Part shown: positions 39,556 through 50,169 of the stretch, one piece after another
Layout: every line of letters begins with the position of its first letter
Position numbering within the stretch: position 1 is the first letter of the stretch
DNA from: an uncultured Gammaproteobacteria bacterium
GTDB taxonomy: Bacteria > Patescibacteriota > Patescibacteriia > Patescibacteriales > BS150m-G62
Direction of reading: 5' to 3'
Length of the DNA stretch: 64,000 nucleotides
Assembly (NCBI GenBank): GCA_964569045.1
Contig: CAZMSR010000003.1
Location: forward strand, 23,492 to 87,491
Translations under genes and position numbers: made by a program
Notes under the pieces: generated by a model
The model's input: the letters and a program-made list of their open reading frames with translations, nothing else
Database searches by the model: none
What the model was told of the DNA's origin: nothing

Positions 39556-39625
39556 TTAAAAAAATAGTATCCATTTAACACCTTAGTACGAAATAATTAG
39601 TGGATACAATTTAAAGTAAAAAACA

Positions 39626-40762
39626 ATGGATAATAAAAAAATAGCCGTTATTTTGGTTAATTATAAAGATTACGCTAAAAAGTTTTTAAGTGAGTGTCGT
39701 GATAGTTTGCGTAATCAAAATTATCCCAAAGAATTATTCCAAGTTTATATTATAGATAATGCAACTAGTAGTGAAACAAGAAAATATTTAAAAAAGATGT
39801 ATCCAGAAGTCAAAGTTGTGCCTCGTGATGATGGGAATTATGCTGCTGCCAATAATGCCGGCATTAAAGCGGGTCTAGATGATGGTTGTGCGTACTTTGT
39901 AATAGCTAATATGGATACAAGATTTGATGTGAATTGGCTTTCTGAATTAATTATAGCATTGGAAAAGTATGATAATAATGGAATAGTGCAATCAAAATTA
40001 TTGCTATATCCAAAAGCTGGTTTTTCTAAAAAGGAGTTAGTGGATGTTAAAGCTAGAAGTTTTGGATTTGGATATAAGAGTGAAGAGCCTAAAGATTTAA
40101 AAATTAATTCAGTTGGAAATATTTTGCATTTTTTAGGTTTTGGGTTTACAGATGGCTATGGAGAGAATGATCGAAAAATTGAAGGGACTCCAGAAATTAA
40201 GGGTTATGCCAGTGGGTGTTCATTTATTATTAAGAAAGAAGTATTGGATGTTATTGGTGGTTATAATGAAGAGTATTATATGTATCATGATGACATTGAA
40301 ATGAGTTTAAAGACTCGGTTAGCTGGATACAGAATAGTTTTAGCACCTAGATCTGTAATGTATCATAAATACGAGTTTTCAAGATCAGTTAGAATGATAT
40401 ATCAAATGGAGCGAAATAGGTATTTGTTAATGTTTCATTTTTATAAAATACCTACTATTTTAGTTTTATTGCCAGCAATATTAATAATGGATGTAGGTAT
40501 GTTGTTTTACTCATTGATTAATGGATGGATTGGGGTAAAGTTAAATGTTTATAAATATTTTTTAAAGGTAGATTCTTGGAAGAAAATAATAAAAACAAGA
40601 AAAGAAATAAAAAAGTTACGTAAAATTAATGATTCTCAAATTGTTAAAAATGTTGTTGGTAAGGTTGAGTTTCAAGAAATAAATAATCCAGTTTTAAAAT
40701 ATATTGCTAACCCTATTTTGAATGCTTATTGGGTGTTAGTAAGAAAATTAATAAAATGGTAG
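39626..40762 (+). CDS. glycosyltransferase family 2 with C-terminal membrane region
   Basis: IAVILVNYKD...YIIDNAT, with C-terminal hydrophobic helices. Confidence 0.8.
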   Translation: MDNKKIAVILVNYKDYAKKFLSECRDSLRNQNYPKELFQVYIIDNATSSETRKYLKKMYPEVKVVPRDDGNYAAANNAGIKAGLDDGCAYFVIANMDTRFDVNWLSELIIALEKYDNNGIVQSKLLLYPKAGFSKKELVDVKARSFGFGYKSEEPKDLKINSVGNILHFLGFGFTDGYGENDRKIEGTPEIKGYASGCSFIIKKEVLDVIGGYNEEYYMYHDDIEMSLKTRLAGYRIVLAPRSVMYHKYEFSRSVRMIYQMERNRYLLMFHFYKIPTILVLLPAILIMDVGMLFYSLINGWIGVKLNVYKYFLKVDSWKKIIKTRKEIKKLRKINDSQIVKNVVGKVEFQEINNPVLKYIANPILNAYWVLVRKLIKW

Positions 40763-41547
40763 ATGTAAGTGTAGTTATAGTAAATTACAAACTTAAGGAA
40801 AAAGCTATAAATTGTTTGAAATCAATTTATGAAGCTGATTATGGTAATTATCAATTTGAAGTTATTTTAGTTGATAATGATTCTAATGATGGAATTAAAA
40901 AAGAAGTAAAAGATAGGTTTCCTCAAGTTAATTTTATTCAAACCGGTGCTAATTTAGGGATGGGAAAAGGTAATAATATTGGTTTAAAAAAAGCAAGTGG
41001 TGAATATTTACTTATTTTAAACCCAGATATAATAGTGCAAAAAGATTCAATAAAAAAAATGTGTGATAGGTTTAAGCGAGATAAGAATGTTGGCATGCTT
41101 GGCCCTAAATTATTATATCCTGATGGTGATCACCAGGATTCGTGTTTTAGATTTCCAGAGATATTAACCCCGGTTTATAGAAGAACGCCTTTGGGAAAAT
41201 TTTTTTTAAATAATATTGACAAATTTTTAATGAGAGAGTATAATATGAACACTGAGGTTGAAGCTGATTGGTTAATGGGATCTTGTTTGTTGACCAGTAG
41301 AAGTGTGTTAGATGAAGTGGGGATGTTTGATGATAGATTTTTTATGTATTTTGAGGATACGGATTTGTGTAGAAGAATTAAGGAGGTTGGTTTAAAAGTT
41401 TTGTATTATCCGGATGTTTCAATATATCATTATCATGGAAGAGGGAGCGCTGAGAATTCTTGGTATTTAGCTCCATTTAATAATAAATTAGCTAGAATTC
41501 ATATTGAAAGTTGGGCAAAATATTTTTGGAAATGGAAATTTAAATAA
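40729..41547 (+). CDS. glycosyltransferase family 2
   Basis: VSVVIVNYK...VILVDNDSNDG...YFEDTDLC. Overlaps the previous gene by 34 nt; an alternative start at MVDVSV reduces the overlap. Confidence 0.85.
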   Translation: MGVSKKINKMVDVSVVIVNYKLKEKAINCLKSIYEADYGNYQFEVILVDNDSNDGIKKEVKDRFPQVNFIQTGANLGMGKGNNIGLKKASGEYLLILNPDIIVQKDSIKKMCDRFKRDKNVGMLGPKLLYPDGDHQDSCFRFPEILTPVYRRTPLGKFFLNNIDKFLMREYNMNTEVEADWLMGSCLLTSRSVLDEVGMFDDRFFMYFEDTDLCRRIKEVGLKVLYYPDVSIYHYHGRGSAENSWYLAPFNNKLARIHIESWAKYFWKWKFK

Positions 41548-41557
41548 TTTAAAAAAA

Positions 41558-42427
41558 ATGTATAATACTAAAATTAAAAAAGCAATATTGCCAGTAGCTG
41601 GATTTGGCACTAGACTTTTACCTGCTACAAAAGCACAACCAAAGGAGATGCTCCCAGTTGTTGATAAGCCAGCTATTCAATATTTGGTTGAAGAAGCAGT
41701 AGAGGCTGGCGTGGAGGAGATTATTTTTGTAACCGGGAGAGGTAAAAGATCAATTGAAGATCATTTTGATCATTCTTTTGAGCTTGAGCATAATTTAGTG
41801 GAAAAAGAAAAGCATGATTTTTTGCGAGAGGTACAGAAGATTTCATCTTTGGCTAAGTTTTCTTATGTTAGGCAGAAAGAGCCATTAGGTGATGGGCATG
41901 CAATAAGCTGTGCTAGCCATATAGTGGGTGATGAACCGGTATTAGTTATGTTTGGAGATTGTTTGTATGATGCAAAAGTGCCTCCTGCTAAGCAGTTGAT
42001 GGATATTTATAGTAAATATAATAGACCTGTAATTGGTTTATCAAGAATTGATAAGAAAAGGGTAAATAAATTTGGGGTTATTGATGGTAGGGAAATAGAA
42101 AATGGAAATTATGAAATTAAAAATATAATTGAAAAGCCAAAACCAGAAGACGCTCCAAGTGATTTAGTTGCAGTTGGAAAGTATATTATTACAGCTGATG
42201 TTTTGGATACATTGAATGGTATGTATAATGGATTGTCTGGCGAAATTAGATTAGCTGACGCTTTTGATGTTATGCTTAAGAATGGAAGTGTTATGTATGG
42301 AAAAGAATTGGAAGGGGAGTGGCTTGATACGGGAGATAAGTTGAGTTTCATTAAGGCTACTATTAAATTGGGTTTAAAAAATAAAGAAATTGGTGAAGAT
42401 TTAAGAAATTTTATGAAATCACTTTAG
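41558..42427 (+). CDS. galU: UTP--glucose-1-phosphate uridylyltransferase
   Basis: KAILPVAGFGTRLLPATKAQPKEMLPVVDKP. The ORF is open from 41504; the start is placed at MYNTKIKK. Confidence 0.9.
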   Translation: MYNTKIKKAILPVAGFGTRLLPATKAQPKEMLPVVDKPAIQYLVEEAVEAGVEEIIFVTGRGKRSIEDHFDHSFELEHNLVEKEKHDFLREVQKISSLAKFSYVRQKEPLGDGHAISCASHIVGDEPVLVMFGDCLYDAKVPPAKQLMDIYSKYNRPVIGLSRIDKKRVNKFGVIDGREIENGNYEIKNIIEKPKPEDAPSDLVAVGKYIITADVLDTLNGMYNGLSGEIRLADAFDVMLKNGSVMYGKELEGEWLDTGDKLSFIKATIKLGLKNKEIGEDLRNFMKSL

Positions 42428-42430
42428 AAT

Positions 42431-43423
42431 TTATATTTTTAATTTATAATATCCTGTTTTGCTTCCCAAGGTTCCTGAAAAATATAATGTTTTTTTAGGA
42501 TAATTAAAATAAATATTGCTAATATTTTTTAAATTTGCTAATAAGTAGCCATTCATATCTCTTGGATTGTAAGCGTTAATATAATTTTTTGTGGCATATA
42601 TTATATAATGTTCTTTTGGCATTATTTCAGTGAATAGTATTTGATCTCTTGAATTTGTTAGTAGTTTTATTGAATTGTTTTTTTGGCTAAATTCCCATAA
42701 TTTTTGATTATTATCCACTATAGATGTATTGTTGTTTAATTTTTTATTAAATGTTATATTGTTCTTTTTAATAAAATCGTTTAAATATGTGTTTTTAATC
42801 GAATTTGCTTTGTTTTTTGATTTTGGATGATTATTTTCTTTTTCTAGCCAGTTTTTATCAGTGATAAAGTTAATAGTTTTGTTTGCTACGTTTGTTAGTT
42901 TATATGTTGTTACTTCTTCTATGATTTCGTTTTTTATGTTTAGTGTATAAAAGCCTTCTTTCGCTTGAATTAAAATATGATTAAAATTTGAAGTTATGTT
43001 AGTGTGAGTAATATTTAAATTTGCTAATAATTCTGGTAGATTTTTTTCAAGAAGATATATATTTTTTAAATTTATTGCATTATTTGGTTTAAGTGTTACA
43101 TTTTTTTGCCAGCTCCAAAAGCCTTCTTTTTTTAGTGTTATTGAGTAATTGTTCGGCAATAAATTTATTATATTAGCCGGTGTTTTTATTGGATCTTCTT
43201 TTTTAAATAGTAGTTTTTTTAAAAGATGGTATTGTTCTTGGTTGTTGAGTAATACTGTGGCTTTATTTGGTGTACTTTTGATATTTATTAATCCTGTTTT
43301 TTGAATTATACCTTCTTCGAAATTGTATTTATATCCAGATGCAAAAAATACAATAGTGGGTGATATTGTGAAAAATAAGAATGAAAAAAAAATGAATAAA
43401 ATTTTTCTGGTTTTGTGAGTCAT
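42431..43423 (-). CDS. hypothetical membrane-anchored Asn-rich protein
   Basis: N-terminal TM helix; low-complexity N/K-rich extracellular region. Confidence 0.45.
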   Translation of the reverse strand: MTHKTRKILFIFFSFLFFTISPTIVFFASGYKYNFEEGIIQKTGLINIKSTPNKATVLLNNQEQYHLLKKLLFKKEDPIKTPANIINLLPNNYSITLKKEGFWSWQKNVTLKPNNAINLKNIYLLEKNLPELLANLNITHTNITSNFNHILIQAKEGFYTLNIKNEIIEEVTTYKLTNVANKTINFITDKNWLEKENNHPKSKNKANSIKNTYLNDFIKKNNITFNKKLNNNTSIVDNNQKLWEFSQKNNSIKLLTNSRDQILFTEIMPKEHYIIYATKNYINAYNPRDMNGYLLANLKNISNIYFNYPKKTLYFSGTLGSKTGYYKLKI

Positions 43424-43446
43424 TGATTTTTTATTTTGATGTTGAT

Positions 43447-44706
43447 TTAAGGTATTCTCAAAATTTGAGCTCCTATTGCTTTCAATCTTTGGTCAATATT
43501 TTCATAGCCTCTGTCTACTTGATAAATATTATCGATCTCTGTTGTTCCTTTTGCTATGAGTCCTGCTAAAATTAAAGTTATTCCAGCTCTTAAATCCGGG
43601 CTTATTAGTTTGTGACCATATAGCTTTGTTGGGCCTGCTACTTGTACTCTGTGAGGGTCAAATGTAATGATGTTTGCGCCCATGTGTTTTAGCATGTCGG
43701 TAAATAATAGTCGTTGGTCATATATTGTTTCGTGAATTAATGTAGTGCCTTGTGCTTGAGTTGCCAGTAAGGTATAAGGTGGTTGTAAGTCAGTTGGGAA
43801 TCCTGGGTATTCATGAGTTTTAATGCTGTAAGGTGTTATTTTTTTGGTTGGGAATATTTCTAATGTTGAAGCGTCTTTTTTGAAATTTATGCCTTGTTTT
43901 TTAAATATATTTAGCAATATTTCTATATGGTTAGGATCGCAGTTTAGTATTTTAATATTGGATTTTGTAAGAGCAGCCATGATAGCAAAAGTGCCAGTTT
44001 CTATTCTGTCAGGAATAACCTTGAAAGTGTCTGCATTTATACTTTCTTTGCCTATTATGGTCATGGTGGGAGAGCCAATACCGATAATATTTGCACCAAC
44101 TTTATTCAGGTAGTTAGCCAACGCTATTATCTCTGGTTCCATGGCACAGTTTTTTAAGGTGGTTTTACCTTTTGCAAGAATAGCGCACATTAACATGCTT
44201 TCTGTTGCTGTAACGCTTATTTTATTAAAAAAATATTCGCAACCTGTAAGTTTTTTTGTTTTTATAATGTAACTTCTTTCATTTTCTTTTACCTCAGCGC
44301 CAAAGGCTTTAAAACCATCTAAAAATAAATCTATAGGTCTTCCGGCAGCACCTAAAACGCAGCCACCTGGATGAGGGAATTCAATCTCGCCAAAACGTGC
44401 TAGAAGGGGGGCTGCGAACATTATTGAAGCTCTAAATTGACTTGCTAATTTTTTATGTAATTTAGCACTGTTTATGTTTGCGGTATTGATAGTGCATTTA
44501 TTTTTACTTTTTTTTACTTCTCCTCCAAGTGATTCAATTAGTTTGAGGGATTTTTTTACATCTTCGATATTTGGTAAGTTTGTTATGGTGATGGGTTCTT
44601 TAGAAAGTATTGACGCAGGAATAATTTTAATTGCTAAATTTTTAGCACCTTTAACTTCTATTGCTCCACTTAGCTCTGCTTTACCGTTTATGATAAATTT
44701 TGCCAT
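43447..44706 (-). CDS. murA: UDP-N-acetylglucosamine 1-carboxyvinyltransferase
   Basis: MAKFIINGKAELSGAIEVKGAKN N-terminus and EPSP-synthase fold length. The ORF extends to 44748. Confidence 0.9.
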   Translation of the reverse strand: MAKFIINGKAELSGAIEVKGAKNLAIKIIPASILSKEPITITNLPNIEDVKKSLKLIESLGGEVKKSKNKCTINTANINSAKLHKKLASQFRASIMFAAPLLARFGEIEFPHPGGCVLGAAGRPIDLFLDGFKAFGAEVKENERSYIIKTKKLTGCEYFFNKISVTATESMLMCAILAKGKTTLKNCAMEPEIIALANYLNKVGANIIGIGSPTMTIIGKESINADTFKVIPDRIETGTFAIMAALTKSNIKILNCDPNHIEILLNIFKKQGINFKKDASTLEIFPTKKITPYSIKTHEYPGFPTDLQPPYTLLATQAQGTTLIHETIYDQRLLFTDMLKHMGANIITFDPHRVQVAGPTKLYGHKLISPDLRAGITLILAGLIAKGTTEIDNIYQVDRGYENIDQRLKAIGAQILRIP

Positions 44707-45073
44707 ATAATTTATTATAAATTTAAAAATTCCACTAAATATTATCATTTTTATGTAAATTTAGCAATAATTGATTTAGTGAATGCTATTTAAAATTAAG
44801 TAATTCATCTATTAATATTGTGTGTAATTTTGTGTAAGCTTATAAATTAAATTAGTGTATAAACTCCAATAAGAGCAAAGAATGAAACGATATTTTCTAC
44901 AACAATAATATTATTAACTACAAGCTAATTGGTAGTTTTTTATTTTTTTTTAGTTTGTGGTATGAATGTAAAATTATTGAAAAAAAGTTGTTTATATTAA
45001 TGGAATGAATAAAATAAGTTTGTTTATTTTGAGAATTTAAAGGAAGTGAAGTTATTTTATATTTATTTTAAGA

Positions 45074-46489
45074 TTAGTGGATTTTCCAGGTTGTTGTTTC
45101 TTTTTTATCTTCTATGTTTATTCCTAGTTTATTTAATTTATTTCTTATATTATCAGCTTCTTTCCAGTCTTTTTCTTTTCTAGCTTTGTTTCTTTTATTT
45201 ATTAGTTCTTGAATTTTTTTTTGAAGATTTTTATCTATGTTTGCTTGATTGCAATATTTTAGATTTAAACCAAGGATTTTGTCAAAATCAATAATTGTTG
45301 CGTGTTTAGTGCTATCAGTTAAATCACTTTTTAATAAATCTTGCGCAACAGCAAAAGCTTCCGGAGTATTAAAGTCATCTAATATGGCTTTAGTAAACCT
45401 AGTTTTAAAATTGTTATCAATATTACCTTTATTGTTGTTTGTTAGTTTTATTATTTTTTCGCACAAATGATTATATCCATTCTGAGCAGCTTTTAAGGAT
45501 TCCCATGTAAAGTTTAATTTAGAGCGGTAATGTGCTTGCAAGAATAAGTACCGTAAAGCTAGGGGTTGAAAGCCTTTATTTTTTATTTTACTTAAAGAGT
45601 AGCTAGTTCCTTCGGATTTTGCCATTTTTTTATTATCTACTAATAAGTGTTCATTGTGCATCCAATAATTAACAAATTTAACGTTGTTTGCGTTTTCGCT
45701 TTGGGCTATTTCATTAGTGTGGTGAATCGGTATATGCTCTATTCCACCTAAATGAATATCTATGGTATTCCCAAGGTGTTTGCGACTCATAGCTGAGCAT
45801 TCAATATGCCAACCCGGAAAACCTTCACCATTATTAACTAGCTTTGATTTAAACGGACTAGACCAATATTGAAGTGCATTTTTATGAGAGCCTGCTTTAA
45901 AGAACCAAAGGGCAAAATCATGCGCTGATTTTTTTTGATGGTCAGTGATATCTCCAGCACCTTCTCCTTTGATGTTTTCTTTAAGTACTTGTCCTGATAA
46001 GCGAGTATAGTCTTTAGCTTTGGAAATATCAAAATATACTGCTAAATCAGTTAAGTAAGCAAATCCTTTATTTAATAAAATTTCAATCATTTCAATCATT
46101 TCATTTATATGTTTGGTTGCAAGTGGTTTTACATCCGGTTCTGATAGATTTAGTTCATGAGTGTCTTTTTCATAAATTTTTATGTATTTATTTGCAATTT
46201 TTATAGGGTCAAGTGCTTCTCTTTTTGCTGCTTTTTCCATTTTGTCAATGCCAATATCGGCATCGCTTGTTAAGTGACCAACATCAGTATAATTTCGAAC
46301 ATATTTAACTTTGTATTTAAGATATTCTAATGTTCGAACCACAAAATCAACACATGATGCTCCTCTTAGGTTCCCAATGTGTTGAGTCCAATAAACAGTA
46401 GGACCACAATAATAAAGGCTAATTTTATTTTTATTAATCGGCTTAAAGTTTTCTTTTTGTTTTGTTTGAGTATTGTAGATTTGTAGCAT
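45074..46489 (-). CDS. cysS: cysteinyl-tRNA synthetase
   Basis: CGPTVY, HIGN (HIGH-type) and KMAKSEG (KMSKS) motifs. Confidence 0.95.
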   Translation of the reverse strand: MLQIYNTQTKQKENFKPINKNKISLYYCGPTVYWTQHIGNLRGASCVDFVVRTLEYLKYKVKYVRNYTDVGHLTSDADIGIDKMEKAAKREALDPIKIANKYIKIYEKDTHELNLSEPDVKPLATKHINEMIEMIEILLNKGFAYLTDLAVYFDISKAKDYTRLSGQVLKENIKGEGAGDITDHQKKSAHDFALWFFKAGSHKNALQYWSSPFKSKLVNNGEGFPGWHIECSAMSRKHLGNTIDIHLGGIEHIPIHHTNEIAQSENANNVKFVNYWMHNEHLLVDNKKMAKSEGTSYSLSKIKNKGFQPLALRYLFLQAHYRSKLNFTWESLKAAQNGYNHLCEKIIKLTNNNKGNIDNNFKTRFTKAILDDFNTPEAFAVAQDLLKSDLTDSTKHATIIDFDKILGLNLKYCNQANIDKNLQKKIQELINKRNKARKEKDWKEADNIRNKLNKLGINIEDKKETTTWKIH

Positions 46490-46567
46490 TTATATAAGTA
46501 TAGATTCTATTTTGTTCCGGTGTCAATTTTTCTTTACTAAAAACCTTAAAAAGACTATTATATATAC

Positions 46568-48169
46568 ATGGTTAAAAAATTAATTAATGCTCAAATTAAT
46601 AATATTACATTGGCAGCCGCACTCGTGGCTGTTTCCTCTTTAATTAGTCGAATATTGGGTATTTTTCGTGATAGAATTTTGGCAGGTGAATTTGGGGCGG
46701 GAGATACTTTAGATGTATATTTTGCAGCCTTTAGAGTGCCTGATTTAGTGTATAATTTAATTGTTTTAGGGGCGCTTTCAGCTGGGTTTATTCCAATTTT
46801 TACAGAGTTATTGCAAAAGAAAGATGGGAAAACTTGTGATATTATTCAAAAAGGTTCGCATAAAGTTGCCTGGGAGTTTACTAATAACCTTATTAATATT
46901 TTATTGCTGGCTTTAATCGGGTTATCTGTTCTTGGTGTAATTTTAGCGCCTTTTTTAATGAAGTTAGTTGCGCCCGGGTTTAGTGGTGCCAAGTTTGAAG
47001 AAACAGTGTTTTTAACTAGGATAATGTTTTTTTCTCCTATAATTTTGGGTTTATCCGGAGTGGTGGGAGGAGTGCTGCAATCTTTTAAGAGATTTTTTGT
47101 TTATTCGCTTAGTCCAATAATGTATAATGTTGGGATAATAATCGGTGCTTTGTTTTTTGTACCGATTTGGGGTATTTATGGCTTAGCATACGGTGTTGTT
47201 TTCGGGGCTTTCTTGCATTTGTTGATTCAGGCGCCAACTTTATTTACACTTGGTTTTCGTTATAGATTTTTTATAAATTTAAAAAGTAATAAATTAAGGA
47301 AAATTGGTCGTTTAATGGTGCCAAGACTGATGAGTTTAGGAATACTCCAAATTAATCTTCTTGTTATTACTATTATTGCATCAACTCTTGAAAGCGGATC
47401 GTTAAGTGTGTTTAATCTAGCTAATAATTTAGCATTTTTTCCTATAGGGATTTTTGGAATATCGTTTGCTGTAGCTGCTTTTCCTGCTCTTTCTGTGCAT
47501 GTTAAAAATAGCGAGCTTTTTATTAAAACATTTTCAAAGACTTTTCGTAATATTCTTTTTTTTATAGTACCTTCTACAGTAATATTAATGACGTTAAAAG
47601 CCCAAATTATACGTGTTATATTTGGGACGGGAAGATTTGACTGGAATGATACTATCATGACTTTACAGACTCTTGAGTATTTTGCTATCTCTCTATTTGC
47701 TCAAGCTACTATTCCATTGCTGTCAAGAATGTTTTTTGCACAAGAAGATTCAAAGACGCCTTTTATGCTAGGTTTGGCTAGTGCTATTTTAAATATTGTA
47801 TTATCTTATTATCTTTCTATTAAAATGGGAGTTGGTGGTCTTGCATTAGCTTTTTCAATTGCAAGTATTTTTAATTTTATTTTGCTTTGGATTTTTTTAA
47901 AGGCAAGGATGGGGAATTTAGACGAGGTGCGGATTATTAGTTCGGTGATTAAGTTTAGTGCTGCTGCTGTTGGTTGTGGTGTAGTGATTCAGTTTTCAAA
48001 AGAATTATTGGTTTGGTATGTGAACATGGAAAAGTTATGGGGCGTATTTATGCAGGGTTTTATAGCGGCAATTTTTGGGCTAACTGCTTATATTTTGTTG
48101 TGTATTATTTTTAGGAGTGGAGAGTTGTTTCATTTTTTTAAAATGTTAAGTTTTAGATTTAAAAAATAA
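46568..48169 (+). CDS. murJ: lipid II flippase MurJ (MviN)
   Basis: 14-TM profile and N-terminal ISRILGIFRDRILAGEFGAG signature. Confidence 0.9.
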   Translation: MVKKLINAQINNITLAAALVAVSSLISRILGIFRDRILAGEFGAGDTLDVYFAAFRVPDLVYNLIVLGALSAGFIPIFTELLQKKDGKTCDIIQKGSHKVAWEFTNNLINILLLALIGLSVLGVILAPFLMKLVAPGFSGAKFEETVFLTRIMFFSPIILGLSGVVGGVLQSFKRFFVYSLSPIMYNVGIIIGALFFVPIWGIYGLAYGVVFGAFLHLLIQAPTLFTLGFRYRFFINLKSNKLRKIGRLMVPRLMSLGILQINLLVITIIASTLESGSLSVFNLANNLAFFPIGIFGISFAVAAFPALSVHVKNSELFIKTFSKTFRNILFFIVPSTVILMTLKAQIIRVIFGTGRFDWNDTIMTLQTLEYFAISLFAQATIPLLSRMFFAQEDSKTPFMLGLASAILNIVLSYYLSIKMGVGGLALAFSIASIFNFILLWIFLKARMGNLDEVRIISSVIKFSAAAVGCGVVIQFSKELLVWYVNMEKLWGVFMQGFIAAIFGLTAYILLCIIFRSGELFHFFKMLSFRFKK

Positions 48170-48192
48170 TTTAATATTGTTAGTTGCTTTTT

Positions 48193-50136
48193 TTATTTTT
48201 CCATTTTTTTGTATGTTTTTAAAAATTCAATAGTTTTTTTTCGTTCATCTAGGGCTAATTGTGAAGCATTTTGAGTTTTAAATAAAAAGTTATTAAATAA
48301 AGTGTAATCATTGATAATTTTAATTTTTTGAATATAGGTTTTGGCTTTTTCTGTGTGTGATATTGTTTTTTTACATATTTCTTCTATACAATCATACCAA
48401 AATATTTTTTGTAAATTATGTAAGTCTTTTTCTAAATTTATTTTGTTTTTTTTATATTTTTTTAGAATTTTTATTACAACATATGTTATTTGTCCATTTT
48501 TTAAATCTTTTTCCCAATCGTGTGCATCGTCATTTAATTGTCTGGCAATAATGTAGTGTTTAAAAAATAGTAATAAATGTTTTACTTCTTTTGAATCGGT
48601 TGAATACCCAAGAAGCATTAGTATTGCTATTGGTCCAATAGCATGTCCCATGGATTTTTGAGCTAATATAGACAAGTCTTTAAAATCAGGAAATATATAA
48701 TTTTTAGTATCTATTGTATTTTTTTTAATGGCTATTCTGCAATTGTTAATTTCCCACGAATTTGCTGAATCTATTTTACTTAGAATATCTTCAAAAAAGT
48801 TTTTAAAATCTGGGTTGTTTTGGCTAATATAGAGAATATTTTTATATACTTTTCGTGATAAAATATTTGCTATTGGTAATAGTTTCTCATCTCCTTCATA
48901 GTCTATAATGTTGTCATAAATTGTATAAGCTATCCAGCCTTGTAAGTTAATTTCTCCTAAGCAAATATTATGATTGATGTTTATCTGCTTATTTGCATTG
49001 TTAAGCATTTGAGTAAAAAAGTATGCAAGTAGTATTATTGGTTGCTCTTTGTCGGTTTTTAGGTTTTTTTCTAGGATTTGGTTAATTTCTTTTTGTGAGC
49101 TTTGGTCTAGTTTTTTAAATACTGTTTTTGTGTTTTTTATAACTTCATGTTTTATAAAATTTTTGTTTTCAGAGTTATTTATGTTTCTTTTTTGTTTGTT
49201 ATTTTTGTGTTTGGATAATGCTTCTAAGCAAAATGCCGTTGTTAAGGCCTTTGAACCCGCATGATACTTATTATTATCACCTTTTGGATTAATTCCTAAA
49301 TAAAAAGATTGTGCTGGCCATGCGCCATTCTTACAATTTTTTATTATATAATCAATGCTTTCTTCTTGATTGTTGTGGTGGTGAATATTGTTTAATGTGG
49401 TTAAACTTAGAGCAGTGAATAATGGGTTATTCCAATTGTTGTTTTTATTTTTTGCGTTATTTAAAAAGTCTGCTATATTTTTTTTATTTATGCCATTATA
49501 TGACCTTGATATAAAATAGATTATTGGAAATGGAGAAGTGTAGTATGGAGAAGTATAACTTTCTCTTGTTATTGCTTTATCTATAAAATTGTTTAATCCT
49601 TCAAGATTTACTTCGTGTAAAGATAAAAAGTATGCAATATTGCTGTTAACGGCTAAGTCTGTATCATGCCAAACTTTATCAGCTTCCGGATTAGTGATCC
49701 ATGATTTATAAGGTCCTCCTTCTTTTATTTCTAAATGAGTTAAAAGTGTTACAAATTTTGCCATCACATCGCCGTCAATTAGTTTGTTGTTATATTCATA
49801 AAGCGCAGATAAAGCGCAGCTTGTGTCATCTAAATCATCGGGATATGGCATTTTTAAATAATCTTTTGAGCGTCGATCCCAATAATTAAATGTCCAATGA
49901 TTGGTTTTTTGATTTAAAAGAAAGTAGGCAGCTTTGCGTTTTATTATTTTTATTTCAGGTGTTTCAGCTAATTTACATAGAGCTGATAATATTAAGGTTG
50001 TTGAAAATACAGATTCACATTTATATGCATTGTTAAAATTATTTTCATGGAGTGATGTGTAGCTTGGAAAGCTTCCGTTTCTTTCTTGTTCTGCTAATAG
50101 AAATTTAATTGATTTTTTAATAGTTTCTTTGATCAT
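48193..50136 (-). CDS. two-domain terpenoid-enzyme-like protein (alpha/alpha-toroid prenyltransferase/cyclase-like N-half with DxDDTS; polyprenyl-synthase-like C-half)
   Basis: N-half: NGSFPSY and PDDLDDTSCALSAL (class II cyclase DxDDTA-like). C-half: YDNIIDYEGD and QLNDDAHDWEKDLKNGQIT about 125 aa apart, resembling FARM/SARM spacing in trans-prenyl diphosphate synthases. Confidence 0.45.
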   Translation of the reverse strand: MIKETIKKSIKFLLAEQERNGSFPSYTSLHENNFNNAYKCESVFSTTLILSALCKLAETPEIKIIKRKAAYFLLNQKTNHWTFNYWDRRSKDYLKMPYPDDLDDTSCALSALYEYNNKLIDGDVMAKFVTLLTHLEIKEGGPYKSWITNPEADKVWHDTDLAVNSNIAYFLSLHEVNLEGLNNFIDKAITRESYTSPYYTSPFPIIYFISRSYNGINKKNIADFLNNAKNKNNNWNNPLFTALSLTTLNNIHHHNNQEESIDYIIKNCKNGAWPAQSFYLGINPKGDNNKYHAGSKALTTAFCLEALSKHKNNKQKRNINNSENKNFIKHEVIKNTKTVFKKLDQSSQKEINQILEKNLKTDKEQPIILLAYFFTQMLNNANKQININHNICLGEINLQGWIAYTIYDNIIDYEGDEKLLPIANILSRKVYKNILYISQNNPDFKNFFEDILSKIDSANSWEINNCRIAIKKNTIDTKNYIFPDFKDLSILAQKSMGHAIGPIAILMLLGYSTDSKEVKHLLLFFKHYIIARQLNDDAHDWEKDLKNGQITYVVIKILKKYKKNKINLEKDLHNLQKIFWYDCIEEICKKTISHTEKAKTYIQKIKIINDYTLFNNFLFKTQNASQLALDERKKTIEFLKTYKKMEK

Positions 50137-50169
50137 ATTTATTGGGTTTGTTTGAACTGACGTTCAAGT

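Noticed and set aside
48193-50136. Large alpha/alpha-toroid protein as a LanC-like lanthipeptide cyclase
   Set aside because: GHAIGPIAI only loosely resembles the LanC GxAHGxxGI motif. The WCxG/CHG zinc-ligand motifs are absent, so the terpenoid-like interpretation is preferred.
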